From an uncultured Gammaproteobacteria bacterium (lineage in GTDB: Bacteria; Pseudomonadota; Gammaproteobacteria; CAWCPV01), in NCBI GenBank assembly GCA_963797555.1, contig CAWCPV010000002.1:128001-192000 (forward strand): DNA of 64,000 bases. The letters run 5' to 3'. Positions 1 to 8,893 of this stretch are shown piece by piece (within the stretch, counting starts at the first letter, position 1; every line of letters begins with the position of its first letter). A model generated the notes under the pieces. It made no database searches. It was given only the letters and a program-made list of their open reading frames with translations, and was not told the DNA's origin. The translations under genes were made by a program, and so were the position numbers.

Positions 1-13
1 GACGGCGCTGTTC

Positions 14-646
14 TTGGTCGGCTCTCGCGCCAAAGAGATGTTTCAGAACCTCATCGAGGATCTCTTCTGCGGCTATCTGATGAGCGATGGGTACCAGGTC
101 TATCGGGACTATGCCAAGCGCCTGCGTTGCTGGGCGCATCTCATTCGCAAGGCCCGGGGCCTGAGGGATTGCCTCTCGCCCACCCTCCAGGGCTACGGCC
201 AGGCGGTCTATGACCTGCTCGATGCGCTGATGCAGGCCGTCTATCACGCCCGCGAGGGACCGGGCGGCTCCCTGCGGCAAGCCCACCCGGGCGAGCTCAA
301 CGAGCTCACGGCCCTGTGTGAACGCATGAGCTGCTGCCCTTATGACAAGGCCCAGGCGCTGGGCAAGGAGCTGCTCAACGACTGGGGGGCGATCTTCCGG
401 GTGTTGGATGAGCCTCAGCTGCCGCTGACCAACAACGTGGCGGAGCGGGCGCTGCGTCACTGGGTGATTCTGCGTCGCATCAGCCAGGGGACCCGCAGCG
501 AACAAGGCAGCCGGGCGCTGGCGCTGCTCGCCAGTGTGATCGAGACTTCTCGGCTGCGATTGAGCTCCCCGCTGTGCTATCTCAGAGATGTCCTCGCCCA
601 CCGACGCCGCGGCTTTGAGGCACCGCCGCTTCCTGCGCCCGCTTGA
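14..646 (+). CDS. IS66-family transposase, C-terminal part (5' end outside window)
   Basis: Motifs LMSDGY.VY, RCWAHLIRK, PLTNNVAERALR..VI.R..S.GTRS..G typical of IS66 TnpC. Confidence 0.85.
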   Translation: MVGSRAKEMFQNLIEDLFCGYLMSDGYQVYRDYAKRLRCWAHLIRKARGLRDCLSPTLQGYGQAVYDLLDALMQAVYHAREGPGGSLRQAHPGELNELTALCERMSCCPYDKAQALGKELLNDWGAIFRVLDEPQLPLTNNVAERALRHWVILRRISQGTRSEQGSRALALLASVIETSRLRLSSPLCYLRDVLAHRRRGFEAPPLPAPA

Positions 647-648
647 GT

Positions 649-1558
649 TCAGCGCTCACCGCGCAGGCGCTCTCTGGCCTGCGGGTGCAGAGCGTAGAGG
701 AAGACCCGCTTTATCGCTCTGCCATGGCGTTGGTGCGCACGGTCCATGCGCCCGCGTCCGCTGGTCTCGCCCACCTCGCACCAGTTGGCCGCCCGGTAGC
801 AGGTCCCGGCAAAGCGGGCCGGGTCCACCAGGGTCTCCAGCAGCCAGGGACGCAGCCCATAGTGGCGCTCCCAATCCCCTACGATGCGCCGGCTGCCCAA
901 GGCCAGCACGTGGCTCGCCAGATGAGGCACTTTCACCCAGGGCAGAATCAGGAAGCGCCCCTGATTGACGATGCGTGCGAGGTGCGCTTTGCGCGCTCTC
1001 TCGTCCCAGCCGAATCCACGCATCGCGGGCCTGCATGCGCCAGGCCGGGCTGGTGTAGGTGAGCCCGCCCAACACCTCCCCCTCCCGGCGCTGGGAGCAG
1101 ATGAGATAGACCAACTGGGCCCCAAAGGGTGTGGCATAGCCCAAGTAGTGATAGCGCGCGAGAAGCTCGCGCCACAATGCCCGTCCCTCGGCCTGGCGCA
1201 CTAACTGAAGCTCCACCGGGGCCACCTCCTGCAGCGCACCGGCAATCTCGCCGCGGCGTTCGCCCCGATCGGTCTGCGCAGTGCAGGTGCGCCGCCCCTT
1301 GGGCCTGCCCGTGCGCTTGGCGGGAAGCCCCAGATCCCCCCGAGCTTCCAACCGCTCCAGTAGATCCCGACACTCGCGGGACTTCAGGGCTCCGTTGTCC
1401 CGTCTCCACCCCAGCAGCTCACAGATGGTCTGCGCCAGCTCAAAACGACTCAGGCCCACGCACATCGACACCATTCGGACGATGGCGGAGATCTCCTCTT
1501 CGGTAAAGCTCCGGCCGCTCGCCGTGATCGCCTGCGGAATAGAGGGCTCTTGATCCAT
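649..1558 (-). CDS. DUF4338 (DruA-like) protein, one frameshift near 1012
   Basis: ORFs 656-1558 and 649-1137 join into one protein (HYLGY...ARDAWI/GWD...NQGRFLILPWVKVPHLASHVL...LETLVDPARFAGTCYRAANW..VGETSGRG) if one extra base is removed. Confidence 0.8.
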
Positions 1559-1621
1559 GAGCCGGGAGTGTACGACAAGCCGAGCGGCTCTGCTGCGCTG
1601 GACGCGCTCTTAACGCATCGA

Positions 1622-2107
1622 TCAACTGGTGGGAGGGTCTGAACGGTTACGGCCCGGCACGATGTAGAAAAGGCCCTTGGTCTCTGGTGTGTTACATTCT
1701 TGGAGAAAGCGATGGTAGAGCAACTCCTTGGGATTTTTCCATGTGGCGTCGGGGACTTGGCCGCCTTTGGCCTCGATAATCAGAAAGGCGGCAGCGCCCT
1801 CCGTCTCGAGGACGAAGTCCGGACGAAGGCCCCAAAACTTCTTCTGGAAGAGTACCTCATCCAGACCAAAATACGCTCCCTCGTCCTTGCGGAACGCTCG
1901 CTCGTACCTCAGGGGCAGTCGCTGACTTTTCGCAACGAGTTCGGTAAGCCGATGCGGCCTTTCAGTTGGTTCGGCAGTGGGCGTATAAACCGCCGACTGC
2001 AAGAACGGGCCGGCGTCGTCCTTGGTAGCCAGGTTGAGGGACGAGGACAAGGCCCATTCAGGAAAGAGATGCGTGAATGCGTTAACGTCAGCCGTGACTT
2101 CAGACAT
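1622..2107 (-). pseudogene. Putative PD-(D/E)XK nuclease-like protein truncated by the IS66 insertion
   Basis: RPDFVL...LIIEAKGG motif; the last 8 residues derive from IS end sequence. Confidence 0.5.
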
Positions 2108-2329
2108 CGCTCTCTAGCTCCATCGTCGCTGTTCCGAGCACCAATTTTCCCCCTCGGAGCTCCCGGCGTGCCACGATGGGGAAGCATCGAAACTCCGGGG
2201 CAGGCTAAACTGTTGTCGTTCGTCCCCCTGTCAGTCTTGACCGGCATCCTTATTCTTCTGACCGCCCTCCCGGCCGTCCGACCCTATACGGGCTGAAGGA
2301 TTCCGCCGCGCCCGTCCAGAGTGGCTTGC

Positions 2330-2720
2330 CGACCGATCATCGGTCCCTTGTGCGCCGCCGAGGATGCGCAGCCCCATTGGGGGTCGTCGGCGAGCACCGT
2401 TTGAGCCCGGCGGCCCGCCGGGCGAGTTGCGCAGCCGCCCGATGGGGCGAGCACCGCAGGGAACCCGAAGGGCGGCGCACAGGGCGGCTTTCTCTTTGGT
2501 GACTTTCTCTTGGCCGCACAAGAGAAAGTCACCGGCCGCCGGGCCGCCCCCGGCAAGCCGAAGGTCCCGATGACATACGGGTCCCGCGCTCCGTCCGTAC
2601 GCCCCTCCGAACGATTCGAGTCCTGCGCCGGGCCACCCGAGGCCGGCGCGCATCGGTTGGCGCAGCGCCTGCCCAGCGCGGTAGGCGGCATTGCGGGGCT
2701 CGCTCCGAAGCCCTCGCACA
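2330..2720. repeat. Structured intergenic element with a perfect 15-bp hairpin
   Basis: GGTGACTTTCTCTTG (2498-2512) pairs with CAAGAGAAAGTCACC (2519-2533), 6-nt loop, plus GC-rich stems on both sides; no convincing ORF. Confidence 0.55.
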
Positions 2721-2775
2721 CCCCGACGCACCGGGCACTCGGGATCAGCCCGCGCGGGCAACCCGCCGCATGGCG

Positions 2776-3318
2776 TCATTCGGCGGAACCGCTATCGGGT
2801 TCGGCCCTGCGGGATGACAGCTCTGCCGAAGTCAGCACCTTGACGAAGATGACCTTCCCGTCTCCAGGTGCATAGAAGTCGCTCAGGAGGGCTTCTTGGC
2901 CGTAGCCGCAGCGCTCGTAAAAGGCGCGCGTGGAGCGATACTGCTCCCGCGCCGAGGTCTCGACGTAAACCCGTCGGCCCTGCTGTTGCGCGATTAGGGC
3001 CTCGGTGCGCCGGAGCAACTCCCGACCGATGCCCTGCCCCCGAAGCTCGGCGTCCACCACGATCCAGTACAGGTCGAAGCTCGCAGCCGTGCCGGGGATC
3101 GGCCCGTAGCAGGTGAAACCGGCCACGGCCCCGGCGCACTCCGCCAGCAGGAAATAATAGCCGCTCGCCCGTCCCCGCTGCAGGCGCTCCTCCAAGAGCT
3201 CGATCGCCACCTCTTGCTCCTGCGGGTTGAAGAATCCCGATCCCGACACCAGCCGCCGGATAGCGCCCAAATCCTCGGGCCCCACATGCTCTCGATAGAC
3301 GAGGGGGGAGCACCTCAC
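2776..3318 (-). CDS. GNAT-family N-acetyltransferase
   Basis: FDLYWIVV...RGQGIG acetyl-CoA motif, FYERCGY; GTG start at 3318 overlaps the upstream TGA. Confidence 0.85.
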   Translation of the reverse strand: MRCSPLVYREHVGPEDLGAIRRLVSGSGFFNPQEQEVAIELLEERLQRGRASGYYFLLAECAGAVAGFTCYGPIPGTAASFDLYWIVVDAELRGQGIGRELLRRTEALIAQQQGRRVYVETSAREQYRSTRAFYERCGYGQEALLSDFYAPGDGKVIFVKVLTSAELSSRRAEPDSGSAE

Positions 3319-5138
3319 GGAGCAGATCCCGACAGACCCGCCGCCTGTAGTGCCGCCGCCTCGGGGCGCCGGAGGTGTGGTTCCAATTCTCGACGCCGAG
3401 CACTCTGGGCACCGTGCCAAAGTCCTTGGAAAAACGAACGGGCGTTCACCCCCAGGGATCGGTTCTTGTAGCCTCCCTCCTGAACGACGAGGGTCGGCAG
3501 ACCGAGCCTCCCGATCATCCGCCCGTTGGCAGCAAAGTCTTTCGGTCCCAGTTCCCAGGATCCCGTCGGGTCCCCACGGGCGGTATCCAGGCCCAAGGCG
3601 ACCACCAGGAAGCGTGGGGTGAAGCGCAGGATGCGCTTCAGGACTGGTGCGAGCTCAGCGCGGTAGCGCTCGCCGTCGACGTGCTCCGGCAGGGGAACAT
3701 TCAGGTTGTAGCCCCGCCCCTTCCCCTCGCCGCGCTCGTCCGCAAAGCCGCTGAAGTAAGGGTATGCGAAATGCGGGTGGCCGTGGATGGAGACGGTCAG
3801 GACGTTGTCCCGCTCGTAAAAGATGTCCTGGGTACCGTTCCCGTGATGGTAGTCCACGTCCAGCACGGCCACCTTGCCATAGCGGCTGAGGTAGTTCGCC
3901 GCCACGGCGGTGGAGCCGAAATAGCAGAAGCCTCCGAAGGAGCGGCGTTCCGCATGGTGTCCGGGGGGTCTCACCAGCGCGTAGGCCAGCCCATAGCCTT
4001 CCAGCAGGGCATGGGTGCAGGTGAGCGCACAATCCACTGCCCCGATGGCCGCCAGATAGGCGTTGCGGTTCAGTGGCGTAAAGGTGTCGATGCAGTAATA
4101 GCCGGCGCGCAGCGGTAAGTCCTTGGGTGGGCGGGCTGCATTGCGCAGCGGAAAGACATAAGGATAGATCGAGCGGCCGGGCTGGACCACGGCGCAGGCG
4201 CGCCGCAGGTAGTCCACGAACTGCCCCTCGTGCACCGCGCGAATGTACCGGTCGGAAAAGTGCCGGGCAGGCAGCCGCCGAAACAGCCCGGTGCGCTCGA
4301 TCTCCTTCAGGATGGTCGAGATGCGCACCGGGGACTCGACGTAGCCGCGCTCCTTCACGTGGTGTATCGAATGCCCCTCGTTCACCACGAGCGCGATGGC
4401 CGCGGACCTCGGCACTGGGGCTCGCGCCTCGCCTGGCTTGGCCTTGACGTAGCGCGGAGGACGGAGGACGACCGGGTCGTCCTGGAAAGACTCCACCACC
4501 CGGTCCACATACTCCGGCGGGCAGAGACGAGCGTACTTCCCCTCCAGAATCGCACGCACGACACGCCGGGCTTCGTCCCTGGAAAGGCGCGTAACCTGCC
4601 CCAGATCGTCGTACACCAGGTACGGAGGACAATCGCCCCCCGGCCGAACTGGCGTCTCGTAAGCGGTGTGTGCAATCGGACGCGCTCCGTAGCGCTCGTA
4701 GAAACGAAGCCGCGCCGCGTTCTGCTCCAGCACGGCCCGGTCCCGGCAGAGCGCCGGGTCGTCCGGCAGGCATTCGAACACGAGCGCACGGGCACCCAGG
4801 ACGACCGCCTCCTCCCGCACGCGCTCGTAAAGGGCGCTCCCGACCCCGCCGCCTGTTCGTCCCGGCGCGGCGGAGACGAAATCGAGGAAACAGAAGTCGA
4901 GATCCGGAGCGTGCAGCAGGAGCGCGAAGCCCCGCACGCGGTCGTCCGCGTCCTCGGCCACGAACAGGATGGAGCGGAAGCGGTACTGAAAGGGATTGAA
5001 CAGTTTTTCCGGGAGTGCCGACACCTCGTCGGGGGAGAGCAGCGGGAACTGCCGACGCAGGATCTGCTGCACTTCTTCGACCGCCCGAGCGTTGGCAGGC
5101 GTGGAGGCATCGAACACGTGGCGGAGACGGAACATCAC
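3315..5138 (-). CDS. GNAT plus histone-deacetylase/acetylpolyamine amidohydrolase fusion
   Basis: N-terminal GNAT (RTGGGVGSALY, RLRFYERYGA); C-terminal Zn-deacetylase motifs RPPGHHA, GFCYF, DVDYHHGNGTQ, QEGGY. Confidence 0.9.
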   Translation of the reverse strand: MMFRLRHVFDASTPANARAVEEVQQILRRQFPLLSPDEVSALPEKLFNPFQYRFRSILFVAEDADDRVRGFALLLHAPDLDFCFLDFVSAAPGRTGGGVGSALYERVREEAVVLGARALVFECLPDDPALCRDRAVLEQNAARLRFYERYGARPIAHTAYETPVRPGGDCPPYLVYDDLGQVTRLSRDEARRVVRAILEGKYARLCPPEYVDRVVESFQDDPVVLRPPRYVKAKPGEARAPVPRSAAIALVVNEGHSIHHVKERGYVESPVRISTILKEIERTGLFRRLPARHFSDRYIRAVHEGQFVDYLRRACAVVQPGRSIYPYVFPLRNAARPPKDLPLRAGYYCIDTFTPLNRNAYLAAIGAVDCALTCTHALLEGYGLAYALVRPPGHHAERRSFGGFCYFGSTAVAANYLSRYGKVAVLDVDYHHGNGTQDIFYERDNVLTVSIHGHPHFAYPYFSGFADERGEGKGRGYNLNVPLPEHVDGERYRAELAPVLKRILRFTPRFLVVALGLDTARGDPTGSWELGPKDFAANGRMIGRLGLPTLVVQEGGYKNRSLGVNARSFFQGLWHGAQSARRRELEPHLRRPEAAALQAAGLSGSAP

Positions 5139-5153
5139 TGCTCTGCCGAGCGG

Positions 5154-6199
5154 TCACTGCGCAACCGCGACGCCACTTGAACCCACCGCGGGGCGAGGTA
5201 CGGAGCCGGCTTGACTCGGCCCCGCCAGCGCCCGCGTCGCCAACGTGGCCACCACCCGCTCCAAGGACCAGCCGGCCTCCGCCGCTGCGGCGACGAACCC
5301 GGCATCGGGTGCGAGACAGGGATTGGCGTTCACCTCCAGGACCCACGGCCTTGCGTCGACATCCACTCGAAAGTCGACCCGCGCATGCCCGTTCAGCCCG
5401 AACAGCCTCCAGCAGCGGCGGGCAAGCTCGGCGAGGCGGGCAGCGAGCGCGGGCTCGGCGCGCTCCACACCGAAGCTTCGCACCGTATGGCGGTATTCGA
5501 AGGAATCCACCTGCCACTTGGCCCGGTAGTCCACGATGCGGAGCTTGCCCGGCGGATAGTCCACGAAGCGGATCTCGGCGATGGGAAACAGCAGCGGGCC
5601 ACCATCGTCTTCGATCAGGGCGACGTTGAACTCCCGACCCTCTACGTAAGCCTCGGCGAACCATTCTCCGCCGAAAGCCGCGCCGTGATGTTCGAGGGCT
5701 GCGGCCAGACCCTCCGGGCAGCGCACGAAAGAGGCATCCGACAAACCGATGGACGCGTGCTCCCAGACCGACTTCACGATGGCCGGAACGCCCATGGCGG
5801 ACGTGTGGCCGGCGGCGCGCCCCTCGACCCAGGCCGGGGTCGGGATTCCGGCCCCCTGCATGAGACGTTTGGCGAGCAGCTTGTCCGAGGTCGAAGCCAT
5901 GGCGGTGAATCCCGCGCCGGTAAAACGCACGCCCAGAGCTTCGAGCAGAGCCGGCGCGAGGTGGATGAGCCGGCCCTGCCCGTTCACCGACTCTATCAAG
6001 TTGAAGACCAGCGCCGGGTGCAGGGCCAAGAGCCTGCTCCGGGCGGCGGCCAATCCAGCCCCAGAACGACCGGAACCGGCTCGTAGCCCAGGTTCGCCAG
6101 AGCCCCACAGACACCCTCCGCCTGCACGAGCACGTCCTGCTCGTCCGGGGGCGCCCCGGAGGGAACCTCTCCGTGGAGCACGACCACCTTGAGCCGCAC
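5154..6199 (-). CDS. ATP-grasp ligase (D-Ala-D-Ala ligase-like), 1-nt deletion near 6053
   Basis: ORFs 5996-6199 and 5154-6053 join; VFNLIES, IVKSVWEHASIG, EAYVEGREF, RVDFR, LEVNANP. Confidence 0.85.
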
Positions 6200-6207
6200 A
6201 GCGCGGG

Positions 6208-7236
6208 CTAGACTCCGGCCGCGGAGCGTCGGCGCGGGACCCCGCCGCTGGTCTGAGCCGGCAAACCGAGCCTCTGGTGGGCGCTCGTCATGATCATGGC
6301 GATCAGCTCCTGAAACTGCAGACCAGCCAGCCGGGCCAGAATCACCAGGTCGGAGCGCCGTGGGTCCAGGCCAGCCAGAGGATTGACCTCGAGAAACTGG
6401 GGTCGGCCTTCCCGGTCGGCCCGCAGGTCCACCCGTCCCCCGTCACGGCACCCCAGGCAGCGCCAGGCGGCAAGGGCCACCCCTTCCGCCTGTCGGGCCG
6501 CATCGTCCTGCACCAACCGGTAGTTGACGCGCTCCTCGTAATGCTCCTTGTTGAGGAAGGTGTAGCCCTCGGGATCCGATTCCGGGCCCAGCAGGATCTC
6601 CATCGCTCCGACGGAGCGGGCACCCGCGCCGGTCCCCACCACGCCGACCGTGAATTCCCTGCCGGGGAGAAAGCGCTCGACCAAGACGGCCTGCCTGAAC
6701 TGGGCGAGCAGACGCCGGCACGCCGGCGCGAGCTGCCCCAAGTCCTCGATGCGCGAGCCCGCGCTCACGCCCTTCCCTGTCCCCTCCGCCACCGGTTTCA
6801 CGAACAGCGGGGGCGGCAGAGCGACCGCCCCGATGTCCTCGTCGGTCTCTACGACGTGAAAGTCGGGGGTGGGCACACCGCAGTCTCGCACCACCCGTTT
6901 GGCCATGCCCTTGTGCAGGGCGAGACACAGGACCAAGGGGTCGGAAAACGTGTACGGGATGTCGTACGCTTCCAGCAGCGCCGGAACCTGCGCCTCGCGC
7001 CCCATCCCGGCAAGCCCCTCGGCGACGTTGAAGACTAGCTCCCACCGCTCACCTGCCACCAGCCTCGCGGCGAGTTGACCGATGCCGCCGATGCGCTCGG
7101 GGATGTAACCCAGGGAAGCTAGCGCTTGCTCGATGCCTTCGATGGTCTCGGGGGCGTCGAACTCGGCTGTCTGCTCGGGCGTAAACCCCTGGGCCAGGTA
7201 TGCCTCTCGCAGATCGTAAGTGATCCCCACCCTCAC
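6208..7236 (-). CDS. ATP-grasp ligase (D-Ala-D-Ala ligase-like)
   Basis: VFNVAEG, FVKPVAEGTGKGV, ERFLPGREF, RVDLR, LEVNPLAGL; GTG start overlaps the KamA stop. Confidence 0.9.
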   Translation of the reverse strand: MRVGITYDLREAYLAQGFTPEQTAEFDAPETIEGIEQALASLGYIPERIGGIGQLAARLVAGERWELVFNVAEGLAGMGREAQVPALLEAYDIPYTFSDPLVLCLALHKGMAKRVVRDCGVPTPDFHVVETDEDIGAVALPPPLFVKPVAEGTGKGVSAGSRIEDLGQLAPACRRLLAQFRQAVLVERFLPGREFTVGVVGTGAGARSVGAMEILLGPESDPEGYTFLNKEHYEERVNYRLVQDDAARQAEGVALAAWRCLGCRDGGRVDLRADREGRPQFLEVNPLAGLDPRRSDLVILARLAGLQFQELIAMIMTSAHQRLGLPAQTSGGVPRRRSAAGV

Positions 7237-8561
7237 GGCTGCGGTCCAGCGCACGTCGAGAACGCATCGGGCGATCCCAGCCGTCCGCCGGGGTCGGGAT
7301 AGCGGTACTGCTGGCCCTCGTAGTTCACCAACAGCAGGTCGTCCCCGTCGCGCCCCGCGATGTACTCGGGGATGAGCGGGATCTTCCCCCCACCACCCGG
7401 CGCATCGATGACGTAGGTAGGCACCGCGTAGCCCGTCGTGTGGCCCCGCAGGCCTCGGATGATCTCCAGGCCCTTCTCCACCGGCGTGCGGAAGTGGGCG
7501 GATCCCGAGATGGGGTCACACTGGTACAGATAGTAAGGCTTCACTCGGGCCCTGAGCAGCCCGTGCATGAGGCGGCGCATGAGCGCGACATCATCGTTGA
7601 TACCTGCCAGCAGCACGGTCTGGCTGCCGAGCGGGATACCTGCGTCCGCCAGCCTCCCGCAGGCCTGCTCCGCCTCGGGCGTCAACTCATCCGGGTGCAT
7701 GACATGGACGCTCATCCACAGCGGATGATAGCGTCGCAAGATGCGGCACAGGGCCGGGGTGATGCGTTGGGGTAGCACGAGGGGCACCTTGGTGCCGATA
7801 CGCAAGAACTCCACGTGCTTGATGGCGCGGAGGCGGCTCAGCAGCCACTCGATGCGGTCATCCGGTAGTGTGAGGGGATCGCCGCCCGACAGCAGCACGT
7901 CACGCACCGTGGGCGTGGCCTCGATATAGGCCAGGGCCGCCTCCCACTGGCGGAGGTTGAGGTGATACTCCCCCCCACCGCCGACCAGGCGAGAGCGGGT
8001 ACAGTACCGGCAGTAGGTGGCGCAAGACCCGGTCACGAGGAACAAGACCCGGTCGGGATAACGGTGGACGAGCCCAGGGACCGGGCTGTGGCGATCCTCT
8101 CCAAGGGGATCTTCTGCTTCCCCGGGCGAGCGCAGATATTCACCGTTCACGGTCACCACGGAGCGCCGCAACGCCTGCTGCGGATCCTCGGCATCCAGTA
8201 AGCTCGCGTAGTAGGGAGTGATCCCCAGGGGCAGCGGCCCCTTGTGCCGCTCGATGGCGCTGCGCTCGTCCTCCGAGACCTGAATGAGCAGTGCCAGACC
8301 TCGCAAGTCCTTGATACGGCGTCGCAACTGCCAGCGCCAATCGTTCCACTCGCGTAGCAATGCCTCCGGGTAGTAGCGCCGGCGGAAGCTCTGGGAGCGG
8401 GGACTGATGACTAGGCGGGGGACGGAAGGGCGGGGGCGAGGCTGAGACGCTGCTGGGCGGGTTCCGGCGAGCACGGGGAGATCCCGGGGCCGCCAGCGTA
8501 CCGCGCTGACGGATTCGCCGGGAGGTTCGGATTCCTCGCTGATCAGAGTAGCGTTGTCCAT
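7233..8561 (-). CDS. KamA-family radical SAM/PLP 2,3-aminomutase (lysine-type)
   Basis: HRYPDRVL, CATYCRYC radical SAM motif, SGGDPL, YLYQCD, DAPGGGGK PLP-lysine motif. Confidence 0.92.
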   Translation of the reverse strand: MDNATLISEESEPPGESVSAVRWRPRDLPVLAGTRPAASQPRPRPSVPRLVISPRSQSFRRRYYPEALLREWNDWRWQLRRRIKDLRGLALLIQVSEDERSAIERHKGPLPLGITPYYASLLDAEDPQQALRRSVVTVNGEYLRSPGEAEDPLGEDRHSPVPGLVHRYPDRVLFLVTGSCATYCRYCTRSRLVGGGGEYHLNLRQWEAALAYIEATPTVRDVLLSGGDPLTLPDDRIEWLLSRLRAIKHVEFLRIGTKVPLVLPQRITPALCRILRRYHPLWMSVHVMHPDELTPEAEQACGRLADAGIPLGSQTVLLAGINDDVALMRRLMHGLLRARVKPYYLYQCDPISGSAHFRTPVEKGLEIIRGLRGHTTGYAVPTYVIDAPGGGGKIPLIPEYIAGRDGDDLLLVNYEGQQYRYPDPGGRLGSPDAFSTCAGPQP

Positions 8562-8673
8562 GGCGGGAGTACCTGTGGGTCAAGCGAACATCACGCCGGC
8601 CACGACGCGAAGCGTCTTGCGGCCAGAGTAGCGCCCGGACGCCGAATGGCGTACCCGACTCGTGGCCTCGACA

Positions 8674-8690
8674 AGCACAGGCCATGCCAA
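8674..8690 (-). promoter_or_regulatory. Sigma54 -24/-12 promoter for the KamA operon
   Basis: Minus strand TTGGCATGGCCTGTGCT has exact GG-N10-GC spacing, about 110 bp upstream of the start codon. Confidence 0.75.
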
Positions 8691-8743
8691 CGAGCTAACT
8701 CACTAATTCAACATAATTTTTGTGCTGCAATCCCCGGTATGGT

Positions 8744-8893
8744 CGGAACTAGTAGTTCCGAGTCGGGCAGCGACGACCGTCACGCGAGGGGATGCTGACG
8801 AGGCATGGAACGGTTATTGTCCATTAAAACAACATGTTATGAACTTCGGAACTTCGAGTTCTGGCCTGCCAAGACCCAGAACTCGCGGTTCCT
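8744..8893. promoter_or_regulatory. Three palindromic enhancer-like sites (CRGAAC-N5-GTTCYK) with an IHF-like site
   Basis: CGGAACTAGTAGTTCCG 8744-8760, CGGAACTTCGAGTTCTG 8847-8863, CAGAACTCGCGGTTCCT 8877-8893; AAACAACATGTTA near 8827-8839 resembles WATCAANNNNTTR. Confidence 0.6.

Larger units (their letters stand above)
1..1650. mobile_element. IS66-family element (right part) with a DUF4338 passenger gene
   Basis: IS66-type transposase C-terminus at 14-646. CTGAACGGTTAC ending at 1650 reads GTAACCGTTCAG on the minus strand, an IS66-like GTAA terminus, and falls where the neighbouring ORF is cut. Confidence 0.7.

Noticed and set aside
649-1558. Druantia defence system
   Set aside because: Only the DUF4338 gene is present; no DruE helicase or other dru genes in the window.
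2776-5138. Single frameshifted GNAT-HDAC-GNAT gene
   Set aside because: A clean GTGA stop/start overlap at 3315-3318 explains two separate genes.
3655-6114. Long alternative-frame ORFs (819 aa here; also 37329-39422, 23613-25049, 45591-46811)
   Set aside because: Shadow ORFs of well-supported genes in GC-rich DNA, without motifs.
5154-7236. Housekeeping ddl or van-type resistance ligases
   Set aside because: Not in a cell-wall cluster, no vanH/vanX/vanRS, and N-termini differ from the GG.S.E pattern of Ddl.
7233-8561. EpmB (EF-P beta-lysylation) or lysine fermentation gene
   Set aside because: No efp/epmA or kamDE/kdd neighbours; the context is ATP-grasp and acetylation genes.
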